A DNA stretch of 64,000 nt from an uncultured Clostridia bacterium (GTDB lineage: Bacteria; Bacillota; Clostridia; Oscillospirales; Ruminococcaceae): the NCBI GenBank assembly GCA_947166515.1, contig CAMVEM010000002.1, positions 162 through 64,161 on the forward strand, given 5' to 3'. This document shows, piece after piece, positions 9,812-19,390 of the stretch (positions are counted from its first letter, which is position 1; every line of letters starts with the position of its first letter). The notes under the pieces were generated by a model. It worked only from the letters and a program-made list of their open reading frames with translations, was not told the DNA's origin and ran no database searches. Both the position numbers and the translations under genes were made by a program.

Positions 9812-9840
9812 ATTATATCACATTTTTCACAATAAGTCAA
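9812..9840 (-). promoter_or_regulatory. sigma-A promoter
   Basis: Minus strand TTGACT-17 nt-TATAAT with TG. Confidence 0.7.
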
Positions 9841-9858
9841 TATCAATATCATCAGATA

Positions 9859-10623
9859 TCAGAGATTATTGAATCTCTGCAGGAACTGCTTGACGCGGTC
9901 GGAAGCGCTCTCGCCGAAGAGCTGTTCGGGTCCTCCCTGCTCTACTATATATCCGCCCTCCATGAATATGATCTTGTCCGCCACATCACGGGCAAATCCC
10001 ATTTCATGCGTTACTATCACCATTGTCATACCTTCCGAAGCGAGCTCCTTGATGACCTTCAATATCTCCCCGGTAAGCTCCGGGTCGAGCGCCGATGTCG
10101 GCTCGTCAAAGAAAAGTATCTCCGGGCTCAGCGCAAGCGCCCTTGCGATCGAGACACGCTGCTGCTGTCCGCCGGAAAGCTCGCAGGGATACGATTTCGC
10201 CTTCGATTCGAGCCCCATTTTCTTCAAAAGCTCCATTGCGGTGGCTGCTGCCTCTTCCTTGCTTTTTTTCAGCACGCACACCGGCGCTTCTGTGATGTTC
10301 CGCAGGACTGTCATGTGCGGGAAAAGGTTGAAATTCTGGAACACCAGCCCGGTCTTAAGACGTATGGCGCGCAGAGTATCCTTGTCGGCATACACGCTTT
10401 TTCCGTTTTCGTTCACAGAAAGCATATCTGTATCACATATCCTTATGGTCCCGCCGTTCGCCTTTTCAAGCTGATTTATACAGCGAAGCAGCGTGGATTT
10501 ACCGCTTCCGGACGGCCCGATAACGGCTACCGCCTCACCTTTTTTGACTTCAAAGCTTATATCGCTGAGAACTTCGAGATTGCCGAAGCTCTTTGAAAGA
10601 TTTCTGACTTCAAGTACAGCCAT
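9859..10623 (-). CDS. Polar amino acid ABC transporter ATP-binding protein
   Basis: GPSGSGKST, VFQNFNLFPH, LSGGQQQR, DEPTSALDPE, VTHEM. Confidence 0.95.
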   Translation of the reverse strand: MAVLEVRNLSKSFGNLEVLSDISFEVKKGEAVAVIGPSGSGKSTLLRCINQLEKANGGTIRICDTDMLSVNENGKSVYADKDTLRAIRLKTGLVFQNFNLFPHMTVLRNITEAPVCVLKKSKEEAAATAMELLKKMGLESKAKSYPCELSGGQQQRVSIARALALSPEILFFDEPTSALDPELTGEILKVIKELASEGMTMVIVTHEMGFARDVADKIIFMEGGYIVEQGGPEQLFGESASDRVKQFLQRFNNL

Positions 10624-10636
10624 TGCCGCTCACCCC

Positions 10637-11341
10637 TTATTTGTAGTAATCGAGTTTCTTTTCAACAGCGGAGAACACCACCGTCAGCACCATTGCGATG
10701 ACAAAATAGAAGATTCCCGCGATGAACAGCGGCAGCAGCGACGCGTAAGTCGGCACCTGCTTCTTGGCGATATACATGATCTCCATATAAGGTATGGCGG
10801 AAGCCAGCGACGTATCTTTAACAAGCGTTATTATCTCGTTCGAGCTTGCCGGGACAACTCTCTTCACCACCTGCGGAAGTATCACGCGGAAGAATGTCTG
10901 AGCCTTTCCGAAGCCGAGAGCTCCCGCAGCCTCATACTGCCCTTTCGGTATTGATTCAATGCCTCCGCGGAATATCTCCGCAAAATAAGCGGCGTAGTTC
11001 AGAACGAACGCCAGCAGTATCATATTAAAGATGTAGTCCTCGCTGCGTATGTCTATCTTATTGAGAAAATCACGCAGGAATTCCGGACAGGCATCGCTTA
11101 TCCTTATGTACGGCACAGAGTACTGTACAACGATAAGCTGGAGCAGAAGCGGAGTTCCGCGCATTATAAGTATGTAGATGTTGGTAAGCCATGATATCGG
11201 CTTGAACCTGCACATTTTAAGAAGCGCCACGACCATTCCGAGCGGAATGGAATAAAGCAGCGTAAAAAAGAATATTTTCAGCGTCGGGATCGTGTATTGG
11301 AGCATCAGCCCGACCAGATTTCCTACCTGTTCGCTTGTCAT
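10637..11341 (-). CDS. Polar amino acid ABC transporter permease
   Basis: RGTPLLLQL, NYAAYFAEIFRGG, GQYEAA, KDTSL. Confidence 0.95.
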   Translation of the reverse strand: MTSEQVGNLVGLMLQYTIPTLKIFFFTLLYSIPLGMVVALLKMCRFKPISWLTNIYILIMRGTPLLLQLIVVQYSVPYIRISDACPEFLRDFLNKIDIRSEDYIFNMILLAFVLNYAAYFAEIFRGGIESIPKGQYEAAGALGFGKAQTFFRVILPQVVKRVVPASSNEIITLVKDTSLASAIPYMEIMYIAKKQVPTYASLLPLFIAGIFYFVIAMVLTVVFSAVEKKLDYYK

Positions 11342-11410
11342 AAGATCAGCCTTTCCCTGTCACGGTATCGCATAATTGCGGTGATACGATAAAGTGTAGT
11401 CACAGAACAT

Positions 11411-11440
11411 ATTATAACACAAACCGGACATATATTGCAA
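11411..11440 (-). promoter_or_regulatory. Internal sigma-A-like promoter for the permease and ATPase genes
   Basis: Minus strand TTGCAA-18 nt-TATAAT with TGTG. Confidence 0.6.
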
Positions 11441-11451
11441 TAGTTTTGCAC

Positions 11452-11480
11452 AAAAAACAGCCGCGGACTCACCGCAGCTG
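11452..11480 (-). terminator. Intrinsic terminator after the binding-protein gene
   Basis: Minus strand cagctgcgg-tgagt-ccgcggctg-tttttt. Confidence 0.75.
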
Positions 11481-11503
11481 TATGAATGTAAATATGTGTT
11501 ATT

Positions 11504-12373
11504 TTACTTGACTGTTGTTATATCTTTTCCGAACCACTTGGTCGAGATCCTGGCGAGAGTTCCGTCAGCCTTGAGCTCAACGAGTATCTTCTGAACTTCA
11601 TCGCGGAGCGCCTGGTCGTTCTTTCTGAATCCGACAGCATATTCTTCCTGTTCAAGGTTGCCGGGGAGTACAACATAATCCTTCTTGTTCTCTGTGATGA
11701 AGTAGTTTGCAACTATCGAATCAAGGAATACTGCATCGGAGAAACCGAGCTCCATCTGGTTGAGCAGGGTCACGTTGTCTTCAAGCGCAGTGATCGTGAT
11801 AGTATCGTGCTTTTCCCAGTTATTGAGTATTTCTTCCGCAGTAGAGCCTGTCTGAACGCCGACAGTCTTTCCCTTAAGGTCGTCCATGGATTTTACATCG
11901 CTGTTGCCGGGAACTACGAAAATCATCTCGTTATTCATATAAGCTTCTGAAAGATTCATTGCCTGCTTTCTGGTATCGTTTATGGACATACCGTTCCAGA
12001 TGCAGTCGATCTTGCCGAGATTGAGGTCCTCTTCCTTTTTCTCCCAATCGATAGGCTGTTTTACGAGAGTAATTCCCATTTTATCGCATACTGCCTGAGC
12101 TACGTCGATATCAAATCCTACGATCTCACCGGACTCGTTTGTGAATCCCATAGGCGGGAAGCTTGCGTCAAGTCCGAGAACTAACTGCTTGCTGTCAAGC
12201 ACCTTCTGGAGCGACTGATCCGAGGAAGTCTGCGCCGGCGAATCACTTGCCTTTGTCGTGCTCTCAGACGACTTCTTATCGTTTGCATTGCCGTTTCCGC
12301 AGCTGCCCGCAGCGGTTATCATAGCTATCGCGGCAAATCCCGCAGCTATTCTTGTGATGAATGATTTTTTCAT
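11504..12373 (-). CDS. Amino acid ABC transporter substrate-binding lipoprotein (family 3)
   Basis: Lipobox AAGSC; GLDASFPPMGF, GFDID, IDCIWNGMS; start reassigned to MKKSF. Confidence 0.93.
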   Translation of the reverse strand: MKKSFITRIAAGFAAIAMITAAGSCGNGNANDKKSSESTTKASDSPAQTSSDQSLQKVLDSKQLVLGLDASFPPMGFTNESGEIVGFDIDVAQAVCDKMGITLVKQPIDWEKKEEDLNLGKIDCIWNGMSINDTRKQAMNLSEAYMNNEMIFVVPGNSDVKSMDDLKGKTVGVQTGSTAEEILNNWEKHDTITITALEDNVTLLNQMELGFSDAVFLDSIVANYFITENKKDYVVLPGNLEQEEYAVGFRKNDQALRDEVQKILVELKADGTLARISTKWFGKDITTVK

Positions 12374-12404
12374 AATAATGACCTGCACCTGTCAAGGTGC
12401 ATCT

Positions 12405-12507
12405 CCTTTCACTTTGATGCGGTTTTGCGCAGCAAAACCTGCTTGCTCCAAACAGGAGCATCGAAGTGTCAAGTTTGAAAAGTTATTTTCAAACTTGACC
12501 TCACTTC
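12405..12507 (+). repeat. Structured intergenic element family 2, copy A
   Basis: 64/77 ungapped identity to 20909-20985; multi-stem fold with a GCA triloop. Confidence 0.85.
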
Positions 12508-12719
12508 ATTTTTCTGTTTCTGTTTCCGCGTTTATACATAGCGACATGGCCATACTCTGACCAACTTAATTATAATATCACATATTTCCGGGTTTGTAAA
12601 GGCGGTCAGACAGATTTTCGGCAGTCAATACAAATAATTGATATTTGTCCTCGTTTTTTTGGACTAATTTAACTCGCGTTATGCCTAAAAATGAATCCCG
12701 ATTTTCTATACTCTGATTA

Positions 12720-12748
12720 TTTACAAATCCCATTATTTGTGATATAAT
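12720..12748 (+). promoter_or_regulatory. sigma-A promoter
   Basis: TTTACA-17 nt-TATAAT with TG. Confidence 0.7.
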
Positions 12749-12783
12749 GATAGAATAAACAATTATGTGACAACAGGAAGGAA

Positions 12784-13578
12784 ATGATATATATGACTGC
12801 GAAAAAAAACAGTACCAGAAGGATCATGATAGGAGCCACACAAACACTTATGGTAATGATGGTCATTGTAGTCATAGTGCACCTTATTTTTTATATGTTC
12901 CATACAACATCGCTCAGCGATGAGCTCTATAAATCAACGACCGACTACATAGCCCTTCATAACAGCGCTGAAAATCTTGTGAACGCCTCGGATTTTCTGA
13001 CCGAAAAGGCACAGCGTTTTACCATCGTCAACGATCCCGAAGACCTGAACGCTTATTTTGAAGAATTAGACGGCGTCCGCCGCAGAGAACAATCCGTCGA
13101 GGATATCTCCGGGGCGTCACTGGACACCATGACCGTCGAGCAGATCAAAAAGGCTTATGAATACTCGGTCTCACTGTCCGAAAAGGAAATAGTCGCGATG
13201 AAGATAGTCTGCGACGCGATAGGCTATGACGCCCAGAACGAAAAGATCAGCGCTGCTGCACTCCCGGCCGAATGCTCCGGCATGACAGCTGACGAAAAAA
13301 TAAAGTATGCACAGAAAATGCTCTACGATTCAAGCTACTACGAACAGAAAACGAGCATACGAAACGGCGTGGAAAACTGCGTAAGCGCTCTTATAGACGA
13401 TACACGCATGATGCAGTCTGAATTTAAAAACAAACTTACCGCCAAATTAAACGGCGCGCGCGCATTTGTGATCCTTCAGATCGTTATTCTGATAATTATG
13501 CTGGTGATTTCTATTATTATAAACACCCGAAAAAACCGCCTTAAAAAGTCCATAGGAGCCAAAAAACAAGAGCAATAA
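12784..13578 (+). CDS. Two-TM protein with helical extracytoplasmic sensor-like domain, no cytoplasmic output
   Basis: TM-ectodomain-TM, then a ~17-aa basic tail; ASDFLTEKAQRF..YFEE..RRRE resembles, by recognition only, N-terminal sensors of clostridial cyclases and kinases. Confidence 0.65.
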   Translation: MIYMTAKKNSTRRIMIGATQTLMVMMVIVVIVHLIFYMFHTTSLSDELYKSTTDYIALHNSAENLVNASDFLTEKAQRFTIVNDPEDLNAYFEELDGVRRREQSVEDISGASLDTMTVEQIKKAYEYSVSLSEKEIVAMKIVCDAIGYDAQNEKISAAALPAECSGMTADEKIKYAQKMLYDSSYYEQKTSIRNGVENCVSALIDDTRMMQSEFKNKLTAKLNGARAFVILQIVILIIMLVISIIINTRKNRLKKSIGAKKQEQ

Positions 13579-13590
13579 ATTTAAAAAAAT

Positions 13591-13617
13591 GCCCGCCCCG
13601 ATCAAATCGGGGCGGGC
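13591..13617. terminator. Terminator between convergent genes
   Basis: gcccgccccgat-caa-atcggggcgggc with an upstream A tract. Confidence 0.8.
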
Positions 13618-13637
13618 TTCATGTTATTTTCTGTTTG

Positions 13638-15005
13638 TTACTTCGACATCTTGAGCATATCGCCAAGCTTCAGCCTGTTTCCTGTGTGAAGGATTATGTG
13701 CTCATATACCTTTGCAACAAGCATTACGACCAGTATATCGAACACGGCGAGCACAACTATCGCGATCAGCGTCTCCACAAGACTTATCTTTCCGAGCATA
13801 TAATCGGACGGGAGTACGAACGGCGATGAAATCGGAACATATCTCGCTATCACCGAGAGAGAGTTTTCTTCGCCTGCTACCTGCGGGAAGTAAGCAAGAT
13901 AGAATCCGAGCACGCCCACAATGGACAGCGGCTGGATCGCGGGAGCAAGATCCTCCATTTTGCTGACGCTCGCACCTGCGACACCCGCAAGTCCCGCATA
14001 CAGCAGGAATCCGAGAATAAAGGTGACTATCATCACAAGTATCGCGCTGGCATCAACACCCGAAAAAGCGTTTCCTATCTCATCAAGAACATTCTGCGCT
14101 TCAAGCTGGCTTCCGGTAAGAGCCGCTGCGCCGCCGGCTGCCTCAGCAATCTTATCCATCTTCGTGAATATACCAAACGGCATCGAGAGCAGGAATCCGA
14201 GTCCGCCGCCCATGCCTATGATGACGAACTGCATAAGCGATACACAGCACATCGCGAGGACCTTTCCGATTATCAGCGCAAGCGGTCTTATCGACGTGAG
14301 CAGATATTCCACGATGCGCGAGGATTTCTCGATCGCAATAGCCTGAGCAACGAGCTGGCTGTAGGAGAATATGAATATGAACAGAACTATCGCCGATAAC
14401 ATCGGAACTATCGACTTTATCATAGTTGTCACAAATCCTTCGGGCTCTTCTCCCGCGCAGCTTATCGTTGCTCTTACGCCGGCCATAGCGGTCACGAGTT
14501 TGTCTTCCGGAAGTCCCGAAAGAACAAGGAACTGCGCATGGAGCTGTGTAGCAAGCAGCTGCGATACAGCCTCGCAGTCGCCCTTGTTGACTTCTGATTT
14601 TTCACCGCCCGCATATTTCGACTCGACGGACAGCACATCTTTTTCAACGAAAACACGTGAGAGCATTGCCTTTTCGCTCGTATCCGCAAGCTCGGCGATC
14701 TTCTTTTCCGCCTCATCCGATGACAAAGCAGATACCGTAACGCCGATCTTTTCCATTGCGGCAGTGAGATCGAACGCATAATCCGTTTCATTGCTGAGAT
14801 ATAGAGTCTTTATGGAAAAAGTGTCTTCTCCGGATCCGGACTCGCTTACCTTAGAGTCGATAAAGAACGCCGGCAGTATGTTTGCAGTCGCAGCGATAAG
14901 CGCCGCTATCAGTGTTATTACAATTGTACCTATTATGAACGATTTTGTTTTTATCTGCTGCGTGAAAGTAAACGCAAATACTTCTCTCCAGCCTTTAGTC
15001 TTCAT
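13638..15005 (-). CDS. ABC-2 type exporter permease (YhaP/NatB-like)
   Basis: AIAIEKSSRIVEYLLTSIRP..GKVL, PISSPF; multiple TMs. Confidence 0.88.
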   Translation of the reverse strand: MKTKGWREVFAFTFTQQIKTKSFIIGTIVITLIAALIAATANILPAFFIDSKVSESGSGEDTFSIKTLYLSNETDYAFDLTAAMEKIGVTVSALSSDEAEKKIAELADTSEKAMLSRVFVEKDVLSVESKYAGGEKSEVNKGDCEAVSQLLATQLHAQFLVLSGLPEDKLVTAMAGVRATISCAGEEPEGFVTTMIKSIVPMLSAIVLFIFIFSYSQLVAQAIAIEKSSRIVEYLLTSIRPLALIIGKVLAMCCVSLMQFVIIGMGGGLGFLLSMPFGIFTKMDKIAEAAGGAAALTGSQLEAQNVLDEIGNAFSGVDASAILVMIVTFILGFLLYAGLAGVAGASVSKMEDLAPAIQPLSIVGVLGFYLAYFPQVAGEENSLSVIARYVPISSPFVLPSDYMLGKISLVETLIAIVVLAVFDILVVMLVAKVYEHIILHTGNRLKLGDMLKMSK

Positions 15006-15900
15006 TTACTTCACCCCCACATTTCTCAACAAAAAGCTCGTGCAGCGACGGTTCTCTCAGATCGTACTTTATTACGCCGATACCGTTTTCTACCATTGCT
15101 TTCAGCATATTTTCCGCGTCCGCTTCGGACTTTACCTTGAATGACGAGCCGTTCGGAGTTTCCTCCACGAGTGTGAGTCCGCACTTCTCGGCTATCTCAC
15201 CGATAGGCTTATCCGCTTTGATCGTGAGGTTCTCACGTCCCCTGCTCTTCTTGATCTCGTTCAGATTGCCGCTCATAACGACCTGTCCGTGATGCAGCAG
15301 CACAAGGTCTTCACAGAATTCCTCGATTGTTTCCATCTGATGCGAGGACATTATTATGTACTTGCCCGCGTCACGTTCCTGGCGGATTATGCTCTTGAAT
15401 ATGTCCGCATTCACAGGGTCGAGACCGCTCAGCGGCTCATCGAGAATGATTATATCCGGATCGCACAGAAGCGCGGCGGCAAGCTGGACCTTCTGCTGAT
15501 TGCCCTTTGAGAGCTGCTCCGCCTTCATTTTCTTGTACTCCTCTATACGAAGCCTGCTGAAAAGGCTGTCGATCGCGGGAGTTGCTTCTTTCTTGCTCAT
15601 ACCTTTGAGCGACGCGAAATAGTACATCTGCTCCAGTATGTTATACTTGGGATAAAGTCCTCTTTCCTCGGCAAGATAGCCTACCTTTTCGTTCATTACG
15701 TCAAAAGGTTTTCCGTCCCATGTGACAGTGCCGGTATCCCTTGCAAGCATACCGAGTATCATTCTTATAGATGTGCTCTTGCCGGCACCGTTCGTTCCGA
15801 GAAACGCGAAGATGCCGGGCTTCGGGATCTCAAAAGAAAGATCCTCGACTGCGACCTTGTCTCCGAACTTCTTGGAAAGATGCTCAACGACCAGTGACAT
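14995..15900 (-). CDS. ABC exporter ATPase (YhaQ/NatA-like)
   Basis: GTNGAGKST, GYLAEERGLYP, LSKGNQQK, DEPLSGLDP. Confidence 0.92.
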   Translation of the reverse strand: MSLVVEHLSKKFGDKVAVEDLSFEIPKPGIFAFLGTNGAGKSTSIRMILGMLARDTGTVTWDGKPFDVMNEKVGYLAEERGLYPKYNILEQMYYFASLKGMSKKEATPAIDSLFSRLRIEEYKKMKAEQLSKGNQQKVQLAAALLCDPDIIILDEPLSGLDPVNADIFKSIIRQERDAGKYIIMSSHQMETIEEFCEDLVLLHHGQVVMSGNLNEIKKSRGRENLTIKADKPIGEIAEKCGLTLVEETPNGSSFKVKSEADAENMLKAMVENGIGVIKYDLREPSLHELFVEKCGGEVNED

Positions 15901-15911
15901 ATTATTCCTCC

Positions 15912-16172
15912 TTAGCGTTTTTCTATTTTAAGTCTTATGCCGGTCTTCATTTCTCCGGCGACTTCAAATTCTGCAAAAGACGGGATACATACCGCGTCTA
16001 TGCCGTCCTCGGCAAGAAAAGTCCTTGCAACTGCGGCAGCCTTTACCGCCTGATTGACCGCTCCCGCGCCTACAGCCTCGACTTCAGCCGGACTGCCTTC
16101 TCTTATTACCGCACAGATAGCGCCCGCTGTGGATTTCGGCACGCTTCGTGACGATACCTTGATGATATCCAT
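15912..16172 (-). CDS. spoVS: Stage V sporulation protein S
   Basis: IKVSSRSVPKSTAGAI..AVGAGAVNQAVKA signature; adjacent to ymdB. Confidence 0.93.
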   Translation of the reverse strand: MDIIKVSSRSVPKSTAGAICAVIREGSPAEVEAVGAGAVNQAVKAAAVARTFLAEDGIDAVCIPSFAEFEVAGEMKTGIRLKIEKR

Positions 16173-16190
16173 ACTTATTCCTCCGTTTTT

Positions 16191-16955
16191 TTATTCGCAG
16201 ATATTTATTCTCTCAATGCCCGTACATTTTCCGCACTTTTCATCTATCGAAAGAAGAACCGCATTAATCATAATATCCCCGTCGGGATAGATGTGCTTCT
16301 GCGGATAATATGTCGTGAGCCTTGCTATTATTATATCCTTGTCTATGCCGAGTATCGACTCTTTCACGCCGGTAAATCCGACATCGGAGATAAATCCCGT
16401 ATGCCCGCCTAAGATCTGCTCGTCGGCGGTCTGAACGTGCGTGTGAGTTCCTATCACAGCGGAAACGCGCCCGGCGAGATAATATCCCATCGCTTTCTTT
16501 TCGGAAGTAGCCTCGGCATGAAAATCGACGATTATATTCGGCGTATCAATGCTTTTCAGGAGCTCATCAGCACAGTGAAAAGGATTGTCGCAGCTCTCCA
16601 TGAACGCCATTCCGATAAGATTTATGACCGCCACGGAAGTCCTGCCGAGGTCAAACACGGTATATCCCTTTCCGACGGTATCTCCGAAGTTAGCGGGACG
16701 TATTATGTCCTGCGCTTCCTCGAAAAGTTCGTTCATTTCGCGGCGGCGGAAGCAGTGATTGCCTGTTGTTATCACATCAGCACATTCACGCAGTATCGCA
16801 GCAGAGTGCGGCGTTATACCGTTACCGTCTGCGGAATTCTCACCGTTGACTATTGTCATATCCACCGAATAACGATGTTTAAGCTGCGGCATGAGCTTAA
16901 CGAGATGTTCAGAGCCGCGGTGTCCTACCACATCTCCGACAAAAAGAATATTCAA
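16191..16955 (-). CDS. ymdB: YmdB family metallophosphoesterase
   Basis: ILFVGDVVG, NGENSA, TTGNH, DFHAEATSEK, GTHTHVQTADE; start reassigned to TTG at 16955 behind GGAG. Confidence 0.93.
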   Translation of the reverse strand: MNILFVGDVVGHRGSEHLVKLMPQLKHRYSVDMTIVNGENSADGNGITPHSAAILRECADVITTGNHCFRRREMNELFEEAQDIIRPANFGDTVGKGYTVFDLGRTSVAVINLIGMAFMESCDNPFHCADELLKSIDTPNIIVDFHAEATSEKKAMGYYLAGRVSAVIGTHTHVQTADEQILGGHTGFISDVGFTGVKESILGIDKDIIIARLTTYYPQKHIYPDGDIMINAVLLSIDEKCGKCTGIERINICE

Positions 16956-17034
16956 GGCTTCACTCCGTTCCCTTAAAGCATACATGACCCCTCTGCCGAT
17001 ACGGTGTTTTCGCACAGCAGAGGGGAGAAATATG

Positions 17035-18309
17035 TTATCTTTCGAGTATCTGGCTTCTGTCAGGTCCTATGCCGACCATTGCTATCTTACAGCCGCAGAG
17101 TTCTTCAAGCTTAAGGATATACTTCTTGCATATATCGGGCAGCTCGTCGAACGAACGGCAGTTTGAAACATCGTCGTTGAAGCCGGGGAATGTCTCATAT
17201 ACAGGCTCGCAGTCGGCGAGTTCCTCAAGCGTCGGCGGGAAGTCCTTTATAATGCTTCCGTCGGGCTTTTTGTAAGCAGTGCAGATCTTGAGATCGCCTA
17301 TTCCGCTCAGTGTGTCGAGCTTGTTTATCGCGAGCTTTGAAAGTCCGTTCACGCGTACCGAATGACGAACGATCACTGCGTCGAACCAGCCGGTCCTTCT
17401 CGGACGTCCGGTAGTTGTACCGAACTCGCCGCCCTTGTTGCGGATAGTGTCGCCGGTCTCGTCGTTGAGCTCCGTCGGGAAGGGTCCCTTTCCTACGCGC
17501 GTGGTGTATGCCTTTGCAACGCCGATTATGTCGTTTATTATCATGGGTCCCACGCCTGTTCCGACGCATACGCCGGCAGAAACGGGATGAGATGATGTTA
17601 CATAGGGGTATGTTCCGAAATCTATGTCGAGCAGAGTAGCCTGAGCACCCTCGAACATTATCTGCTTTCCTGCCTTCGCAGCTTCATAAACTATGACGGA
17701 AACATCGTCAACATACTGCTTTATGCGCTTGCCGTACTCGGTATATTCCTTGATTATCGCTTCAATGTCATGAGGCTCGCCGCCGTAAACCTTGGTGATT
17801 ATCTCATTCTTGAGCCTTCCGGTAGCGCGCGCTTTTTCCGCGAAAACTTCCGGATGTATGAGGTCATATACACGAATGCCGCAGCGCTCGTATTTATCCA
17901 TATATGTAGGACCGATACCTCTCTTGGTAGTTCCGATGTCGCTGTTGCCCCTGAACTGTTCGGAAAGTCCGTCGAGCGTGATATGCCACGGCATGATGAC
18001 ATGAGCTCTCGGATCAACTTTCAGATTATCGAATGTGACACCTCTTGCACCGAGATTGTCGAGCTCGCCGATGAAGTCCTTCGGGTCGAGGACCACGCCC
18101 GCGCCGATAAGGCAGAGCGTCTCTTTATAAAGTATTCCGGACGGGATAAGGTGGAGCTTATAGGTCTCGCCGTTATTTACGACCGTATGACCTGCATTGT
18201 TTCCGCCCTGTGAGCGTACGACAACATCAGCTCTCGAAGCGATTATGTCGATTATCTTGCCCTTTCCTTCGTCTCCCCACTGTGTTCCTACTACTATACT
18301 TGCCGGCAT
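17035..18309 (-). CDS. purA: Adenylosuccinate synthetase
   Basis: QWGDEGKG, GGNNAGHT, GTTKRGIGP, GTYPYVTSS, GTTTGRPRR; start reassigned to ATG 18309 behind GAAAGGA. Confidence 0.98.
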   Translation of the reverse strand: MPASIVVGTQWGDEGKGKIIDIIASRADVVVRSQGGNNAGHTVVNNGETYKLHLIPSGILYKETLCLIGAGVVLDPKDFIGELDNLGARGVTFDNLKVDPRAHVIMPWHITLDGLSEQFRGNSDIGTTKRGIGPTYMDKYERCGIRVYDLIHPEVFAEKARATGRLKNEIITKVYGGEPHDIEAIIKEYTEYGKRIKQYVDDVSVIVYEAAKAGKQIMFEGAQATLLDIDFGTYPYVTSSHPVSAGVCVGTGVGPMIINDIIGVAKAYTTRVGKGPFPTELNDETGDTIRNKGGEFGTTTGRPRRTGWFDAVIVRHSVRVNGLSKLAINKLDTLSGIGDLKICTAYKKPDGSIIKDFPPTLEELADCEPVYETFPGFNDDVSNCRSFDELPDICKKYILKLEELCGCKIAMVGIGPDRSQILER

Positions 18310-18370
18310 CGTGATACCATTCCTTTCTTTCGCTGAAAAGCTTTGCTTTGGTAAAGCATAATTACAATAT

Positions 18371-18399
18371 ATTATAACACACTTTGAACGGTTTGTCAT
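18371..18399 (-). promoter_or_regulatory. sigma-A promoter of purA
   Basis: Minus strand ATGACA-17 nt-TATAAT with TGTG. Confidence 0.65.
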
Positions 18400-18419
18400 T
18401 AGTTTTTTGAAATTTTTTC

Positions 18420-18466
18420 AAAAAAATATGCCGCGCAGGTACAAAACTCTGTTCCTGCGCGGTATA
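18420..18466 (-). terminator. Terminator of the YtrA-type operon
   Basis: ccgcgcagg..cctgcgcgg stem with a T tract on the minus strand. Confidence 0.75.
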
Positions 18467-18472
18467 AATCGT

Positions 18473-19390
18473 TTACGCTGCCTTTCCGAGCGCCTCTTCC
18501 TTTTTCGCTTTGTCCTTTTTTATGAGAAATATTAAGCTTATGATGCCAACAAAAGAAAGAATGGCAATATACGGCACAAAAGCTTCTGGCGAAGGAATGC
18601 CTGCAAACTTCATCATTGCCGCTTCGCTCCCGAAGATCGCAAACATTATTGAACAGCTCAGATTGTTGTTGAGCGCGTGAACGAACGCCGCGGGATATAT
18701 TGACTTCGTTTTCTCGGTAAGAAGCGTGAGGAATGCGTTCATCACAATGCACAACAGACACATGAGTCCTATTCCCGAGAACGGATATCCCGGATATTCA
18801 ACTCCGAAATTGTGTCCCGCTATTGTGAGCGGCGCGTGCCACAGTCCCCATATAACGCCGCCGACAAGCACTGCTACCGGCTTCGGCATCAGCTCCATAA
18901 GCTTCGGCATCATATATCCGCGCCAACCCCACTCCTCGCCGAAAGCCGGGAAAAGCAATATCACGGACGATGCGATCTGAAAGATATATATCCCTACGGT
19001 CTGCATATTCACGTTCGGGAAAGTTTCCGACAGGCTCATTCCGTCATTGTAAATCGCCCACAGCACGAACGCAGTTATCGCAGAATAAGCGATTGGAACT
19101 ATCAGCGACGCCGTCCAGTATCCCATTTTGCATTTTATGTGAAGTCCGAGGTATGTATTCTTAAAGCCCTCTTTCGTGACAAGACGAGTTATCAGATGCG
19201 CCACGGACGGCATCATCATTCCGAACACACCGAGAAGATACACAGGAACAGCAATACTTTCATTTGTACTCGCATATAACGGCTCACCGTAATACGACCA
19301 CATTATCGTAACAGCTATCCAGCCCGGCACGAACGAGATCAGAAGAAATATGATCAACCTTTTTACAGTCAGCTTCTTGTTATTGCTCAT
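18473..19390 (-). CDS. CPBP (Abi/CAAX) family intramembrane protease
   Basis: GEEWGWRGY, WGLWHAP, HALNN motifs. Confidence 0.92.
   Translation of the reverse strand: MSNNKKLTVKRLIIFLLISFVPGWIAVTIMWSYYGEPLYASTNESIAVPVYLLGVFGMMMPSVAHLITRLVTKEGFKNTYLGLHIKCKMGYWTASLIVPIAYSAITAFVLWAIYNDGMSLSETFPNVNMQTVGIYIFQIASSVILLFPAFGEEWGWRGYMMPKLMELMPKPVAVLVGGVIWGLWHAPLTIAGHNFGVEYPGYPFSGIGLMCLLCIVMNAFLTLLTEKTKSIYPAAFVHALNNNLSCSIMFAIFGSEAAMMKFAGIPSPEAFVPYIAILSFVGIISLIFLIKKDKAKKEEALGKAA

Noticed and set aside
9785-9813. + strand TTGACA-17-TTAAAT as an antisense promoter
   Set aside because: Weak -10 in AT-rich DNA overlapping a better minus-strand promoter; no supported + strand gene
12374-12570. T-box or amino-acid riboswitch upstream of the amino-acid binding protein
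   Set aside because: No T-box consensus; the structure recurs in an unrelated operon and its wobble pair favours the non-coding strand
18310-18370. Purine riboswitch upstream of purA
   Set aside because: Leader is only about 55 nt and lacks the aptamer consensus
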